Assembly: GCA_965207065.1 (NCBI GenBank) | Contig: OZ242260.1 | Span: 1,088,001-1,152,000 of the forward strand | Reading direction: 5' to 3' | DNA length: 64,000 nt | Source: a bacterium | GTDB taxonomy: Bacteria > UBA8248 | Part shown: in pieces, positions 1 through 9,539 of the stretch | Layout: each line of letters begins with the position of its first letter | How positions within the stretch are numbered: the first letter of the stretch is position 1 | Position numbers and translations under genes: made by a program | Notes under the pieces: generated by a model | Seen by the model: only the letters and a program-made list of their open reading frames with translations | Databases searched by the model: none | Told to the model about the DNA's origin: nothing

Positions 1-1164
1 GTCCGCAAGGAACCATGGTTCGCGTATTTTCCCGATGACTACCGCTGGTCCGCAGGCGTGGGCATCGCCTATTCCACATCCTATTGGGGTTCGTCCACGA
101 TGGGCGAGGTCGACAGGGTCTGCCGGAAGTTAAAGGGCAAGATAGGCGACGACGACGCCTGGTTCGACGAATGGGTGAGCGAGGCCGACAGGATGCGCGC
201 CCTCGGGATGGCCGCCGCGCGGAAGAAGAACAACCTCTCCGCCGCCGCTTTCTTCAAGCGCGCGTGTTTCTACTATCAGCTCGGCGAGCGTTTCCGGACG
301 CCCAAGGACAAGGCGGCGAACGCCGCGTACCGCAAATCACTCGACAGCTTCAAGCGCTTCGCCGCGCTCACGGACGCTCCGCGCATCGAGCACGTGGAGA
401 TCCCCTTCGAGGGCAAGAAGACGCTGCCCGGAATCCTGATTCACGCGCAAAATACGAGAAAGAGAAAACCGCCCGTGGTGGTATCTTTCGACGGTTTCGA
501 CGTCTCGAAGGAGATTCAATACATCCTGGGAGCGGAAGACCTCGTTCGCCGGGGGATGAGCGTGCTCGCCGTGGATGCGCCCGGAAACGGAGAAGCCATC
601 CGCTTCAGGAAGCTCTACCTGCGCCACGATCATGAAACCGCGGGCGCTGCGGCCCTCGATTATCTCGAAAGCAGAAACGACGTGGACGCGAAGCGCGCCG
701 GCGTCATGGCGATAAGCCTCGGCGGCTACTACGCGCCCAGAAACGCGAGCATGGAGCACCGCTTCAAGGCGTGCGTGGCGTGGGGTGCGATCTGGGACTA
801 CCAGCGGGTGTGGCAGGACAGAATCGCCGCCGCCTACAAAACGGCCCTCTCGGTTCCCGGCCATCACCTGACGTGGATTTTCAACTCGGACTCCACCGAG
901 GAGTGCCTCGACTTGCTCGCGGACTTCAAGCTCGACGGCGTGGTGCAGAACATGCGCTGCCCGTTCCTGCTGATCCACGGAGAGGGCGACCAGCAGATCC
1001 CCCTCGCCGACGCGAAAAATCTTTTCAACGCCTCGGGTTCTAAAGACAAGACCTTCCGGGTCGTCAAGGGAACGGAAACCGGCGCCCAGCACTGCCAGAT
1101 GGACAACGTGCCCCCCTACGCGCACGAGATTTTCGACTGGCTCAAGCTGAAGCTGGGCGCCTAG
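1..1164 (+). CDS. Alpha/beta-hydrolase, 2,6-dihydroxypseudooxynicotine hydrolase/FrsA-like (5' truncated by window edge)
   Basis: Frame is open from base 1 (VRKEPWFAYFPDDYRWS); nucleophile elbow AISLGGYYAPR, DGFD motif, C-terminal QHCQ; paralog of 25705..26880. Confidence 0.85.
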   Translation, partial: VRKEPWFAYFPDDYRWSAGVGIAYSTSYWGSSTMGEVDRVCRKLKGKIGDDDAWFDEWVSEADRMRALGMAAARKKNNLSAAAFFKRACFYYQLGERFRTPKDKAANAAYRKSLDSFKRFAALTDAPRIEHVEIPFEGKKTLPGILIHAQNTRKRKPPVVVSFDGFDVSKEIQYILGAEDLVRRGMSVLAVDAPGNGEAIRFRKLYLRHDHETAGAAALDYLESRNDVDAKRAGVMAISLGGYYAPRNASMEHRFKACVAWGAIWDYQRVWQDRIAAAYKTALSVPGHHLTWIFNSDSTEECLDLLADFKLDGVVQNMRCPFLLIHGEGDQQIPLADAKNLFNASGSKDKTFRVVKGTETGAQHCQMDNVPPYAHEIFDWLKLKLGA

Positions 1165-1354
1165 CGAGGTTTGCCTCGGACCATAGGCCTTCACGCGTCT
1201 TTTTTCACGGTGTCCCGACCTCCGCACAAGGGTCGGGACACCTTTTCGAGAACCCTTTCAGACGATGTCTCCATCGGTGCGCCAGGCGTTCCCTTGACAA
1301 GCCAAACCACACGAACAACATTGCGAATTCCTCACAACCCGGAATCGTGGACGC

Positions 1355-1471
1355 ATGGACGACCGCATCTACGCGCTGGACAAGGGCCGGACCTTTGAGA
1401 GCGTAAAGTACAAAGAACTCATGGCCAAAGACGGGGCTTTCACGAAACTGGCCAAACGCCGGTTGACGTAA
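1355..1471 (+). pseudogene. C-terminal remnant of an ABC exporter ATPase domain
   Basis: Translates MDDRIYALDKGRTFESVKYKELMAKDGAFTKLAKRRLT*, matching the typical ADRIxVLDxGRxxExGxYxELMAxxGxFxxL tail of ABC exporters; no upstream body. Confidence 0.6.
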
Positions 1472-1569
1472 ACGGCGCGGATAGTGATTACAATGGGAGT
1501 GCGGGCGCGCGTGGAGCCGCACGCCGCCTGCGTCGATGAGATAATCTTTTATGAGAGGGCATAGGCCAT

Positions 1570-2355
1570 ATGAACTACGAGAACCTGCGCACCGAAATGG
1601 ACGGTGAGTTGCTGATCGTCACATTGCACTGGCCGGAGCGGCGAAACGCCATGACACAGCAAATGCGGGTCGACCTGCTCGACTGCGCCCGCCGCGCCGA
1701 AACAGACGACGCGGTGAAGGCCATCGTCTTCACCGGGCATGGGGACAAGTCGTTTTGCGCCGGCACCAACATCCCCGAACTCGAACGACGCACGCTGGTC
1801 TCGGAGATGGGCCCCTCGGCCACGCTGCGAAAGGAACTGCCGACCGCCATCGAGCGGCTCGGCAAGCCGACCGTCGCCGCGATCAACGGCTACTGCTTCG
1901 GCGCGGGGCTGGAATTCGCCATGGGGTGCACAATCCGCATCGCGAGCGAGAACGCCCGACTCGGGCAGCCGGAGATCAACCTGGGCCAGATTCCAGGAAG
2001 CGGCGGCACGCAGCGCCTCTACCGTTTCGTCGGGCTGGGCTGGGCCATGCAGATGATCCTGACGGGGCAGCGCGTCGACGCCGGAACCGCGCGCGAAATC
2101 GGCCTGGTCACCGAAGTCATGCCCTTGGCCGACCTCATGCCCCGCGCGAAGGAGCTGGCGCGCACGCTGGGGGCGCAGTCCCCCATAGCCTTTGTCGCCG
2201 GGCGAGACGCCGTCTTGCGCTCTACGGAAACCGAGCTCCTGGCGGGCATCGACTTCGAGCGCAAGCTCTACGCCATCTGCATGGCGACCGAGGACAGCCG
2301 CGAGGCCCTGAAAGCCTACGCCGAAAAACGCGCGCCCCGGTACAAGGGCCGCTAA
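1570..2355 (+). CDS. Enoyl-CoA hydratase/isomerase (crotonase) family
   Basis: FCAGTNI, AAINGYCFGAGLEFAMGC, GQPEINLGQIPGSGGTQRL motifs. Confidence 0.92.
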   Translation: MNYENLRTEMDGELLIVTLHWPERRNAMTQQMRVDLLDCARRAETDDAVKAIVFTGHGDKSFCAGTNIPELERRTLVSEMGPSATLRKELPTAIERLGKPTVAAINGYCFGAGLEFAMGCTIRIASENARLGQPEINLGQIPGSGGTQRLYRFVGLGWAMQMILTGQRVDAGTAREIGLVTEVMPLADLMPRAKELARTLGAQSPIAFVAGRDAVLRSTETELLAGIDFERKLYAICMATEDSREALKAYAEKRAPRYKGR

Positions 2356-2368
2356 TCCCGGAACAAAC

Positions 2369-3979
2369 ATGAAACCATCTTTTCTTGACCAGGAAAAAAT
2401 CGAGGCCTATCTCGCCGCCGGGTACTGGACGCGCGAGACGATGGTGGAGCGCTACGCTGCCTATGCGCGGGATTTTCCCGATAAAATCGCCTGCCGCGAT
2501 TCGCAAGAGGAGATCACCTGGCGGGGGCTGGATGAACTCACCGACCGCATCGCCGCGAACCTGCTCGCCAGGGGAATCGAGCGCGACGCCCGCGCCCTGG
2601 TGCAGATGTCATCGTCGAACCGCGAGATCGTCTTGCGCATCGCTTTCAAGAAAGCGGGAATCATCGGCTGTTTCGCACCCATGCAATGGCGGCGCCAGGA
2701 ACTGGGCTACGCCTTTCGGGAACTGTCGCCGAGCGTCATATTCGCCTCACCCGATTCAGGCCGCGATGCGCCGGCCTGGCTGGATGAGGCGCTCGATGGG
2801 GCCTCGCACACGCTTCTCGTCGATCTCTCGGGCGAATCTCCCGAAGGGTGGCTCCCCTGGGCCGATCTGACCAGGCCGCCTGATAACGCGGGAGCGATGG
2901 AGAAAATCGCCTCCCGGCAATTCCGTTTCGATGAGATTTCCATGATCACGGTATCGAGCGGTTCGAGCGGTTTTTCCAAGCTGTGCGAATGGCCCGAAGG
3001 GGCGCAGATGTGCCTCGCCCGCGCAAACGGCGCGCGATTGTCTATCAGCGAGGACGACAACGTCGGCGTATTCGCGCCGATGGCGGGGGGCGCGGGGCTG
3101 CTGGTCTGGGTGACGTCGGGCATGACGCCGTGCGCCTTCACGTTCCCCGAAACCTATAACGCGTGCGCTTTGCTGGCGCTCATCGAGAGTGCGAAGATCA
3201 CCGTGGCGACGACCGTGCCCGTCATCCTCACCCGGATGGCGCAGGAAGACTTAAGCTCCTTCGATCTGCGCTCGCTGCGCGCCATTCGCATCGGCACGGC
3301 GGCGGCAGACCTCGACGCGGCGCGCCATGTGGAAAGCCTCACCGATTGCCGCGTCGTGGTCGCGGCGGGCAGCATGGAAACCCCCGGTTTCGCGCACGCG
3401 GACTTCAACGAGCCCGCCACGCTCAGGCTCAACGGCAGCGTCGGCTTGCCGCACCGGGGATGCCGCTGGCGAATCGAGGACGAGGAGGGAAACGCGCTGC
3501 CTCGAGGGGGCGTCGGCCATTTCAAAATCAGCGCCCCATTCACGTCTTCCGGCTACTGGAAGGACCCGGAAGGGACGAGGGCGGTCTGGTCGGATGGCTG
3601 GAACACGACCGGCGACATCGCGGCCATCGACGAGGATGGCCGCTTGCGGCTTCTGGGCCGCAGCAAGGAAGTCATCAACCGCAGCGGGCAGAAGATACTG
3701 CCTGTCGAGGTTGAGCGCGAGATCGCCAAGCACCCCGACGTCTTCGAGTGCGCCGTTGTCGCCGCGCCCGATCCCGAATACGGCGAGGCGCCCTGGGCTT
3801 TCATCCAGCCCCATGAGGGCAGGAGTCTCGACCCGGAGGTTCTGGCCGATGTGCTCAGGGCGAGCGGCCTCGCCACCTACAAGATACCGACACGGTTCAT
3901 CGAGCTCGGCGAATTCCCCCGCGTCGCGAGTGACAAGATCGACAAGAAAGCGCTGCTGGAGTTGGCGCCCGATGAATAG
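2369..3979 (+). CDS. AMP-dependent acyl-CoA synthetase/ligase (ANL superfamily)
   Basis: P-loop-like VSSGSSGFSK, GSMET, TGD, GRSKEVINRSGQKI, C-terminal KIDKKAL. Confidence 0.88.
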   Translation: MKPSFLDQEKIEAYLAAGYWTRETMVERYAAYARDFPDKIACRDSQEEITWRGLDELTDRIAANLLARGIERDARALVQMSSSNREIVLRIAFKKAGIIGCFAPMQWRRQELGYAFRELSPSVIFASPDSGRDAPAWLDEALDGASHTLLVDLSGESPEGWLPWADLTRPPDNAGAMEKIASRQFRFDEISMITVSSGSSGFSKLCEWPEGAQMCLARANGARLSISEDDNVGVFAPMAGGAGLLVWVTSGMTPCAFTFPETYNACALLALIESAKITVATTVPVILTRMAQEDLSSFDLRSLRAIRIGTAAADLDAARHVESLTDCRVVVAAGSMETPGFAHADFNEPATLRLNGSVGLPHRGCRWRIEDEEGNALPRGGVGHFKISAPFTSSGYWKDPEGTRAVWSDGWNTTGDIAAIDEDGRLRLLGRSKEVINRSGQKILPVEVEREIAKHPDVFECAVVAAPDPEYGEAPWAFIQPHEGRSLDPEVLADVLRASGLATYKIPTRFIELGEFPRVASDKIDKKALLELAPDE

Positions 3980-4013
3980 AACGGCAAAACCGAGACAAAG
4001 GAGAACCCAGACG

Positions 4014-4811
4014 ATGGCACACGGCGAAGACCTGCACGGCGCGAATTTCGACGGCTTCACGGTCGAGATAGACGCCGGGCAAAAGCGCGGCGACATCATT
4101 CTCGACCGCGGCGAGATGAACACGATAAGCATGGGCCAGCGCGAGGAGCTGCGCGCCGCCTTCGAGAATCTGGACCGCGATGAGCGCGTGCGCGTCATCG
4201 TGCTGCGCGCCCAGGGCCCCAACTTCTCCTCGGGCGGGTTCATTCGCGGGTTCATGGAGGCCTCGCCCGAGCACGTCTCGAACCTGGCCGACAACATCGC
4301 CGCGCCCACCCGGTGCGTAAAGCCGACCATCGCCGCCAACCGCGGTTATTGCTTCGGCGTGGGCTTCGAGATATCGCTCGCGTGCGATTTCCGCGTCGCT
4401 TCGGAGACGACGCTCTATGCCCTGCCCGAGCAGCGCCTGGGGCAGATTCCGGGTTCGGGCGGCTCGGCGCGCCTGCAGAAGATGGTCGGCATCACGCGGA
4501 CGAAGCACATCGTCATGCGCTCGAAGCGCATCAAAGGCAGCCAGGCGTATGATTGGGGCATCGTCACCGAGGTCGTGCCGGACGAAGAACTGGAGGCGGC
4601 CACGGACTCCCTGGTCGCGGAGCTTTGCCAGTTCGCCCCGCTCGCGCAGCGAACGGCCAAGCGCCTGCTCAACGAAACGGAAGACACCTTCCTGTCCCTG
4701 GGCATCCAGCTCGAAGGGCATTGCTACTCGCGGCTTCGCCAGTCGGATGATTTCAAAGAGGGCGTGGAGGCCTTTCACGAGAAGCGCAAACCGAACTTCA
4801 GGGGGAGCTGA
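4014..4811 (+). CDS. hmfE: Crotonase-family protein, HmfE-like (2-oxoglutaroyl-CoA hydrolase of furoate degradation)
   Basis: ATG at 4014 after AGGAG; motifs FSSGG..GFMEASPEHVS, RGYCFGVGFEISLACDFR, LPEQRLGQIPGSGGSARL, LEGHCYSRLRQSDDF recalled as characteristic of HmfE (not search-verified). Confidence 0.65.
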   Translation: MAHGEDLHGANFDGFTVEIDAGQKRGDIILDRGEMNTISMGQREELRAAFENLDRDERVRVIVLRAQGPNFSSGGFIRGFMEASPEHVSNLADNIAAPTRCVKPTIAANRGYCFGVGFEISLACDFRVASETTLYALPEQRLGQIPGSGGSARLQKMVGITRTKHIVMRSKRIKGSQAYDWGIVTEVVPDEELEAATDSLVAELCQFAPLAQRTAKRLLNETEDTFLSLGIQLEGHCYSRLRQSDDFKEGVEAFHEKRKPNFRGS

Positions 4812-4885
4812 TGGAGTTTCGGACAACTCATTTTTTATGAATCTTCCCTGCTTTCAAACGCGGTGTAGCTCCTACCTCTAAAAAG

Positions 4886-6050
4886 GGCAGTAGATCAGTT
4901 TGAATTTTTCCTCCAGTAGGATTCGCGAGCCTTTGGGGCCGGGGTCACCCACAGGGTTTGGTGGATATAGCACAAGTTGCAGTAAAGGTAGTGAAGGCTC
5001 ACCATGTTACAATCTAGCGATGTAAGCCGTTCCTGAACAAATGGAGTATGCGAACATGTCCTTGGCACTGTTCATCATCTCTGTGGTTTTGGGCGCGTTG
5101 TCGTTTATATCTTTCTTAGTCGGTCGCCGTAAGCCAACCAAGAGAGGGCAATGTATTTTATACGTCATTGCTGTCATTTCGTTTCTTGCAGCAATAACGT
5201 CGGGCGTGTTGAGTTACTGTGCCAGTATCGAGATCGAGGACCAACTACAACTGACCCGTAACCAAGCATCCGAAGCTAGTGTACAAGCAAATAGAGCCCA
5301 AGCGCAGATCACCGAAATCAGAACACCGAGGCGCATGGAGCCAGAAACCAAGCGCATGTTAGTCGCAAGGTTGAAGCCGTATGCGGGCCAGAAGTACGAC
5401 ATGAAGGTATTCAGAGACCAGGATTCCCTGGAACTGGCACAGGCTATGCAATCCATTTTGGAAGAAGCAGGATGGGTGTACACGAATGTGTACCCGAAAC
5501 ATGCAACACGACGTTACGCAGAGACACGCGACGACGGTGTTTGGCTAATATCGGGCAAGGAAGAAACGAAAAGGACCTCTGAAGCCAGGATGGCTCTACA
5601 TGGCGCACTGAACGAAGTCGGCCTGTACGATGACTCGACGGCTCTTACTCCCATCTCTTGTATCAAGAGTACCGTGCCAATCCAAGTAGGCTCCAAAATA
5701 ACGCGTGTCCCCTGCTCGGAGTCATCAATTCAATCCATCAAAGTTGTCTTCACAATCCGTGACGATGTCATCCCTGAGAATACGCTCGTACTACATATTG
5801 GCAAGAAACGACCGTAGTGGTTCAGACCAGAGCAACCTTGGCTTCGGCTACTGATTCCTGTACGACCTGAAAGGCAAGTTGGTTGCCGTCTCGCGGGCGT
5901 GAGGACTTCGGTCTTGGTGGTAGCGTGAGCGAACGGTTGTAGCATCAGCGGATCGGGTCAAGAAAACGGCCCACAAATCTTTCTTCTCGGCGAGCCCTGA
6001 CCGCGGGTCTGCGGGGGGCAGCGGACAGAATTTCAAACTGAACCACCACC
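4886..6050. mobile_element. Non-autonomous IS1595-like cassette carrying one passenger gene
   Basis: Imperfect terminal inverted repeats GGCAGTAGATCAGTTTGAATTT (4886) / AATTTCAAACTGAACCACCACC (to 6050); flanking 8-bp near-duplication CTAAAAAG/CCAAAAAG; no transposase. Confidence 0.6.
5041..5817 (+). CDS. Hypothetical membrane-anchored protein (2 N-terminal TM segments, short coiled coil)
   Basis: 258-aa ORF, AT-richer than flanks; two hydrophobic stretches in the first 60 aa. Confidence 0.7.
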   Translation: MEYANMSLALFIISVVLGALSFISFLVGRRKPTKRGQCILYVIAVISFLAAITSGVLSYCASIEIEDQLQLTRNQASEASVQANRAQAQITEIRTPRRMEPETKRMLVARLKPYAGQKYDMKVFRDQDSLELAQAMQSILEEAGWVYTNVYPKHATRRYAETRDDGVWLISGKEETKRTSEARMALHGALNEVGLYDDSTALTPISCIKSTVPIQVGSKITRVPCSESSIQSIKVVFTIRDDVIPENTLVLHIGKKRP

Positions 6051-6189
6051 CCAAAAAGCCTCCCGTGCTCCGCTAATTTTTTTGTGCTATATTTTCCAAA
6101 CATCTCGTACATGAAATATCCGGTACGGGCACCATCCCGAAAGACGGTAGGCCCGCAAGGTTTTCTCAGACCAATGGGGGGAGATCGTC

Positions 6190-6660
6190 ATGATAGGTCC
6201 CATGCACCATTCCAGCAGAACGGTTTCGGACATCGAAAGGTCCATCGCGTTCTACCGCGACACCCTGGGCTTCGAAGTGGTGGAGGACATCTCCTCCGAC
6301 GAGGAGGGGATCCAGTACGCCTCGACCACGCCCGACAGCCGGCTTCGGATCGTCATGCTCCAGGCAGGGGGCGCGGTCGTGGAGCTCATCCAGTTCCTGA
6401 AACAGGAGGGGAAGTCCTACGACAATCCGCCGGCCTTGAACGACGTGGGCAGCAGCCACATCGCCTTCGAACCCGAAGACATGGACGCCGCCTATGAGGA
6501 ACTCGTGGCCAAGGGCGTGCGGTTCGCCACCCCGCCCCAGGTGACGTGGCGAGGCCCGGGCCGCTACTGGCGAGCCGCCATTTTCTACGATCCGGACGGC
6601 TTCGATCTGGCGCTGTTCAAAATGTATGAGGGAGAACCCGCCGAGGCCGTCTCCGGCTGA
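6190..6660 (+). CDS. VOC/glyoxalase family protein
   Basis: HHSSRTVSDIERSIAFYRDTLGF, VELIQF, HIAF, FYDPDG. Confidence 0.9.
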   Translation: MIGPMHHSSRTVSDIERSIAFYRDTLGFEVVEDISSDEEGIQYASTTPDSRLRIVMLQAGGAVVELIQFLKQEGKSYDNPPALNDVGSSHIAFEPEDMDAAYEELVAKGVRFATPPQVTWRGPGRYWRAAIFYDPDGFDLALFKMYEGEPAEAVSG

Positions 6661-6689
6661 GTCCGAAACCTTATGGAGGAAACGACGCC

Positions 6690-7463
6690 ATGATGCTAAG
6701 CGACCTGACCTGGATGGAAATTCGCGACATGCTTCCCGAAAACCCCGTCATCATCCAGCCCGTGGGCTCGACCGAACAGCACGGCCCCCACTTGCCGGTT
6801 CAGGTGGATATATCGAGTTCGTTTGAAGTCGCAAAGGCCGTCGGCGACCGGACGGGCTGCCTCGTCGCCCCGCCTCTTCCCTACGGCTACTCGGAGGTGT
6901 GGGAGAATTTCCCCGGCACCATCAGCTTCACTGCCGACACCTTCATGACGTGCGTCGCCGAGATCACCGAAAGCCTCGTGCGCAACGGCTTCAAGCGGAT
7001 TCTCTTCCTGAACGGCCACAACCCCAACCTGCCCCTGCTGCAGACCATGATGTTCAGGCTCATGGACCGCTACGGCCGGGATGGTGACAAACTCATCGTC
7101 GCCGGGAGTTACTTCATGGTGGACAAGGAAACCTGCGACGCCATCGGCGACAACTTCCGCGAGGGCACCCACGCGAACGAGTTCGAGACGTCCTTCATGA
7201 TGCACATCCGCCCGGGCATGGTGCACGTCGACAGGCTCGGAGACTGGGAGTACAAGCCCGAGCTGGTGCTCTCCTTCCAGCACGGGGTGACGTCGGTCGT
7301 GCGTTTGCCCGACAGCCGCGTGCACAACGGAGTTTACGGAGACCCGCGCCGGGCCACGCCGGAGAAGGGCCGCCAGTATTTCGAGGCCTGCGTGAACAAG
7401 GTGAGCGAGATAGTGGAGAACTTCAACCCGGATTACTTCGGGATTCAGGAGGTCTACACGTAG
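6690..7463 (+). CDS. Creatininase/MftE family amidohydrolase
   Basis: GSTEQHGPHLPVQVD, NGHNPN, HANEFETS, GVYGDP motifs. Confidence 0.9.
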   Translation: MMLSDLTWMEIRDMLPENPVIIQPVGSTEQHGPHLPVQVDISSSFEVAKAVGDRTGCLVAPPLPYGYSEVWENFPGTISFTADTFMTCVAEITESLVRNGFKRILFLNGHNPNLPLLQTMMFRLMDRYGRDGDKLIVAGSYFMVDKETCDAIGDNFREGTHANEFETSFMMHIRPGMVHVDRLGDWEYKPELVLSFQHGVTSVVRLPDSRVHNGVYGDPRRATPEKGRQYFEACVNKVSEIVENFNPDYFGIQEVYT

Positions 7464-7483
7464 GGCCGGGAAGTGTCGGGGGC

Positions 7484-8572
7484 TCAGATTGCCAGTTGGG
7501 TGTCGGCGTCGAAGAAGAAAAGTTTGTCCTCGCGCATCCCAACGCGGGTCTCATCCCCCATATCGACTCTGAAAGTCGAGTCGGTGCGCGCCATGATGGA
7601 TACGTCCTCGAAGGCGAGCTCCAGCACCTGATCCGCCCCGTATGGCTCCAGCAGCAGCACCTTGCTCAGGTGACCGTCCCCATCGCCTCCGGCGGCCGTC
7701 ACGACGACGTCCTCGGGGCGAATCCCCAGAATCACCTTCTCCCTCTCCTTCTCCTCCAGGCGCTTGCGAAGCTCCGGCGGCGGCTCAACGGCGAAATTCC
7801 CGTAGCGGAAACTCAGCCTCCCGTTTTCCTGCTCCAGGGCGCCGGGGATGAGGTTCATGGGAGGCGTGCCCACGAACTGCGCCACGAACGTGTTCGCCGG
7901 TTCGTGATAGACGGAATAGGGAGAGGCGTATTGCTGTAGCACGCCGTCTTTCAGGAGTGCTATCTCATCCGCCATGTTCAGCGCCTCCACCTGATCGTGG
8001 GTCACGTAAATCATGGTGGTCTCGAGACGGCGGTGTAGCTTTTTGAGCTCGGCGCGCATCTCGACCCTGAGCGCGGCGTCGAGATTCGAGAGCGGCTCAT
8101 CCATCAGAAACGCCCAGGGTTCGCGTACGATGGCCCGGCCAAGCGCCACCCGCTGGCGCTGACCGCCGGAGAGTTCGCGCGGTCTGCGGGCCAGAAGCTC
8201 CTCGATGTCGAGCGCCTCGGCCGCCCAGCGGACCTTCTCCTCGACTTCCGCCTTGGACATCTTCATCATCCGAAGCGGAAAGGCCAGATTGTCCCGCACC
8301 CGCAGGTGGGGATAGAGGGCGTAGCTCTGGAACACCATGGCCATGTTGCGTTTGTGGGCCGGAATGTGGCGGACGTCCACCCCGTCGATGAGAATCGCGC
8401 CCTCGGTGGGATCGAGCAGACCCGCGACCACGTTCAGAATGGTGGTCTTCCCGCACCCCGAAGGACCCAGGAGCACGACGAACCTGCCATCTTCGATCTC
8501 GAGGTCCACGTTGTCGACCGCGACCACCTCGCCGTAGTTCTTGCTCAGATTCTCCAAAACGACTTTCGCCAT
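7484..8572 (-). CDS. Sugar-type ABC transporter ATP-binding protein (MsmX/UgpC-like)
   Basis: Walker A GPSGCGKTT, LSGGQRQRVA, DEPLSNLD, C-terminal TOBE-like region. Confidence 0.95.
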   Translation of the reverse strand: MAKVVLENLSKNYGEVVAVDNVDLEIEDGRFVVLLGPSGCGKTTILNVVAGLLDPTEGAILIDGVDVRHIPAHKRNMAMVFQSYALYPHLRVRDNLAFPLRMMKMSKAEVEEKVRWAAEALDIEELLARRPRELSGGQRQRVALGRAIVREPWAFLMDEPLSNLDAALRVEMRAELKKLHRRLETTMIYVTHDQVEALNMADEIALLKDGVLQQYASPYSVYHEPANTFVAQFVGTPPMNLIPGALEQENGRLSFRYGNFAVEPPPELRKRLEEKEREKVILGIRPEDVVVTAAGGDGDGHLSKVLLLEPYGADQVLELAFEDVSIMARTDSTFRVDMGDETRVGMREDKLFFFDADTQLAI

Positions 8573-8598
8573 TCTCACGCGCTCCTATCTAAAACCGG

Positions 8599-9537
8599 CT
8601 AGCCCTTCACCGCCCCCGCCGTCAGCCCGCGCACGAAATAGCGCTGGAACATGAGGGCCAGGGCGACGGGAATCACGACGCAGGCGACGCCCGCGGCGTT
8701 CATCCGCGCGTAGCTCACCGAAAACTCGGAGACGAAATCGAGCAGCGTCACCGTGATGGGCCGGGTGTTCATCGTCTGTGTCAGGACGAGCGGGAAGAGG
8801 AACTCGTTCCAGCTCGTGAGGAACACGAACACCGCCGCCGTGACGATCGCAGGCGCAGACAGCGGCAGGATCACCCGCCAGAGCGTCTGGAAGCGGTTGC
8901 AGCCGTCCACGCGGGCGGCGCTTTCGATTTCCTGCGGCACCGTCTCGAAATAGGCGACCAGCACGAAGATCGCCAGGGGAAGCGAAATCGGAATGTAGGC
9001 CACGATGAGCCCCAAATAGGTATCCAGCAAACCCAGCCCGCGAATCATCAGGTAAAAGGGGACGATCAGCGACACTTCGGGCACGATGCGCGACGCCAGC
9101 ACGACGTAGAAAAGGGACTGCTTCCCCTTGAAGTAAAGACGCGCGAAGCCGTACGCTGCCAGACAGCCCAGGATGACGTTGATGATGGTGACGCCAAACG
9201 CTACGACGAAACTGTTCCACATCGAGGGCAGCACGTCGGCCGTGGGGAACGTGGAGTATCCGGCCATCTTCTTGTCGAAGGCGACGCTCGTATCGGCGGG
9301 TTTTCTGAGAATAATTTCCTCGAAGTTGCCCAGGTTGAGCGCAGGTGGAACCCAGTTGGGCGGAACCGACACCACGTCCTTTTCGAACTGAAGGCTCGAG
9401 TTCAACATCCAGTAGAAGGGAGAGATGGCGTAGAAGAGCATGACGGCGACGATCAGGTAGAGCGCGATTCGTCCCACGATGGCGGCCTGGCGGTATCTTT
9501 GAATCTCCTTGATGTCGGGAACGCTCGGGGCAGCCAT
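8599..9537 (-). CDS. Carbohydrate ABC transporter permease (MalG-like)
   Basis: EAA loop IESAARVDGC, WNEFLFP; ATG at 9537 (MAAPSVP). Confidence 0.92.
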   Translation of the reverse strand: MAAPSVPDIKEIQRYRQAAIVGRIALYLIVAVMLFYAISPFYWMLNSSLQFEKDVVSVPPNWVPPALNLGNFEEIILRKPADTSVAFDKKMAGYSTFPTADVLPSMWNSFVVAFGVTIINVILGCLAAYGFARLYFKGKQSLFYVVLASRIVPEVSLIVPFYLMIRGLGLLDTYLGLIVAYIPISLPLAIFVLVAYFETVPQEIESAARVDGCNRFQTLWRVILPLSAPAIVTAAVFVFLTSWNEFLFPLVLTQTMNTRPITVTLLDFVSEFSVSYARMNAAGVACVVIPVALALMFQRYFVRGLTAGAVKG

Positions 9538-9539
9538 AA

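Noticed and set aside
3327..4013. Apparent N-terminal extension of the crotonase ORF
   Set aside because: Overlaps the CoA ligase in another frame; the real start with RBS is at 4014
6120..6170. Hairpin with GAAA loop and GCAAGG resembling a c-di-GMP-I riboswitch
   Set aside because: Lacks the GGCAAA..GACGCAAAGC core and the second stem; treated as a plain hairpin
6690..7463. Mycofactocin (mftE) system
   Set aside because: No mftABC genes or precursor peptide in the window
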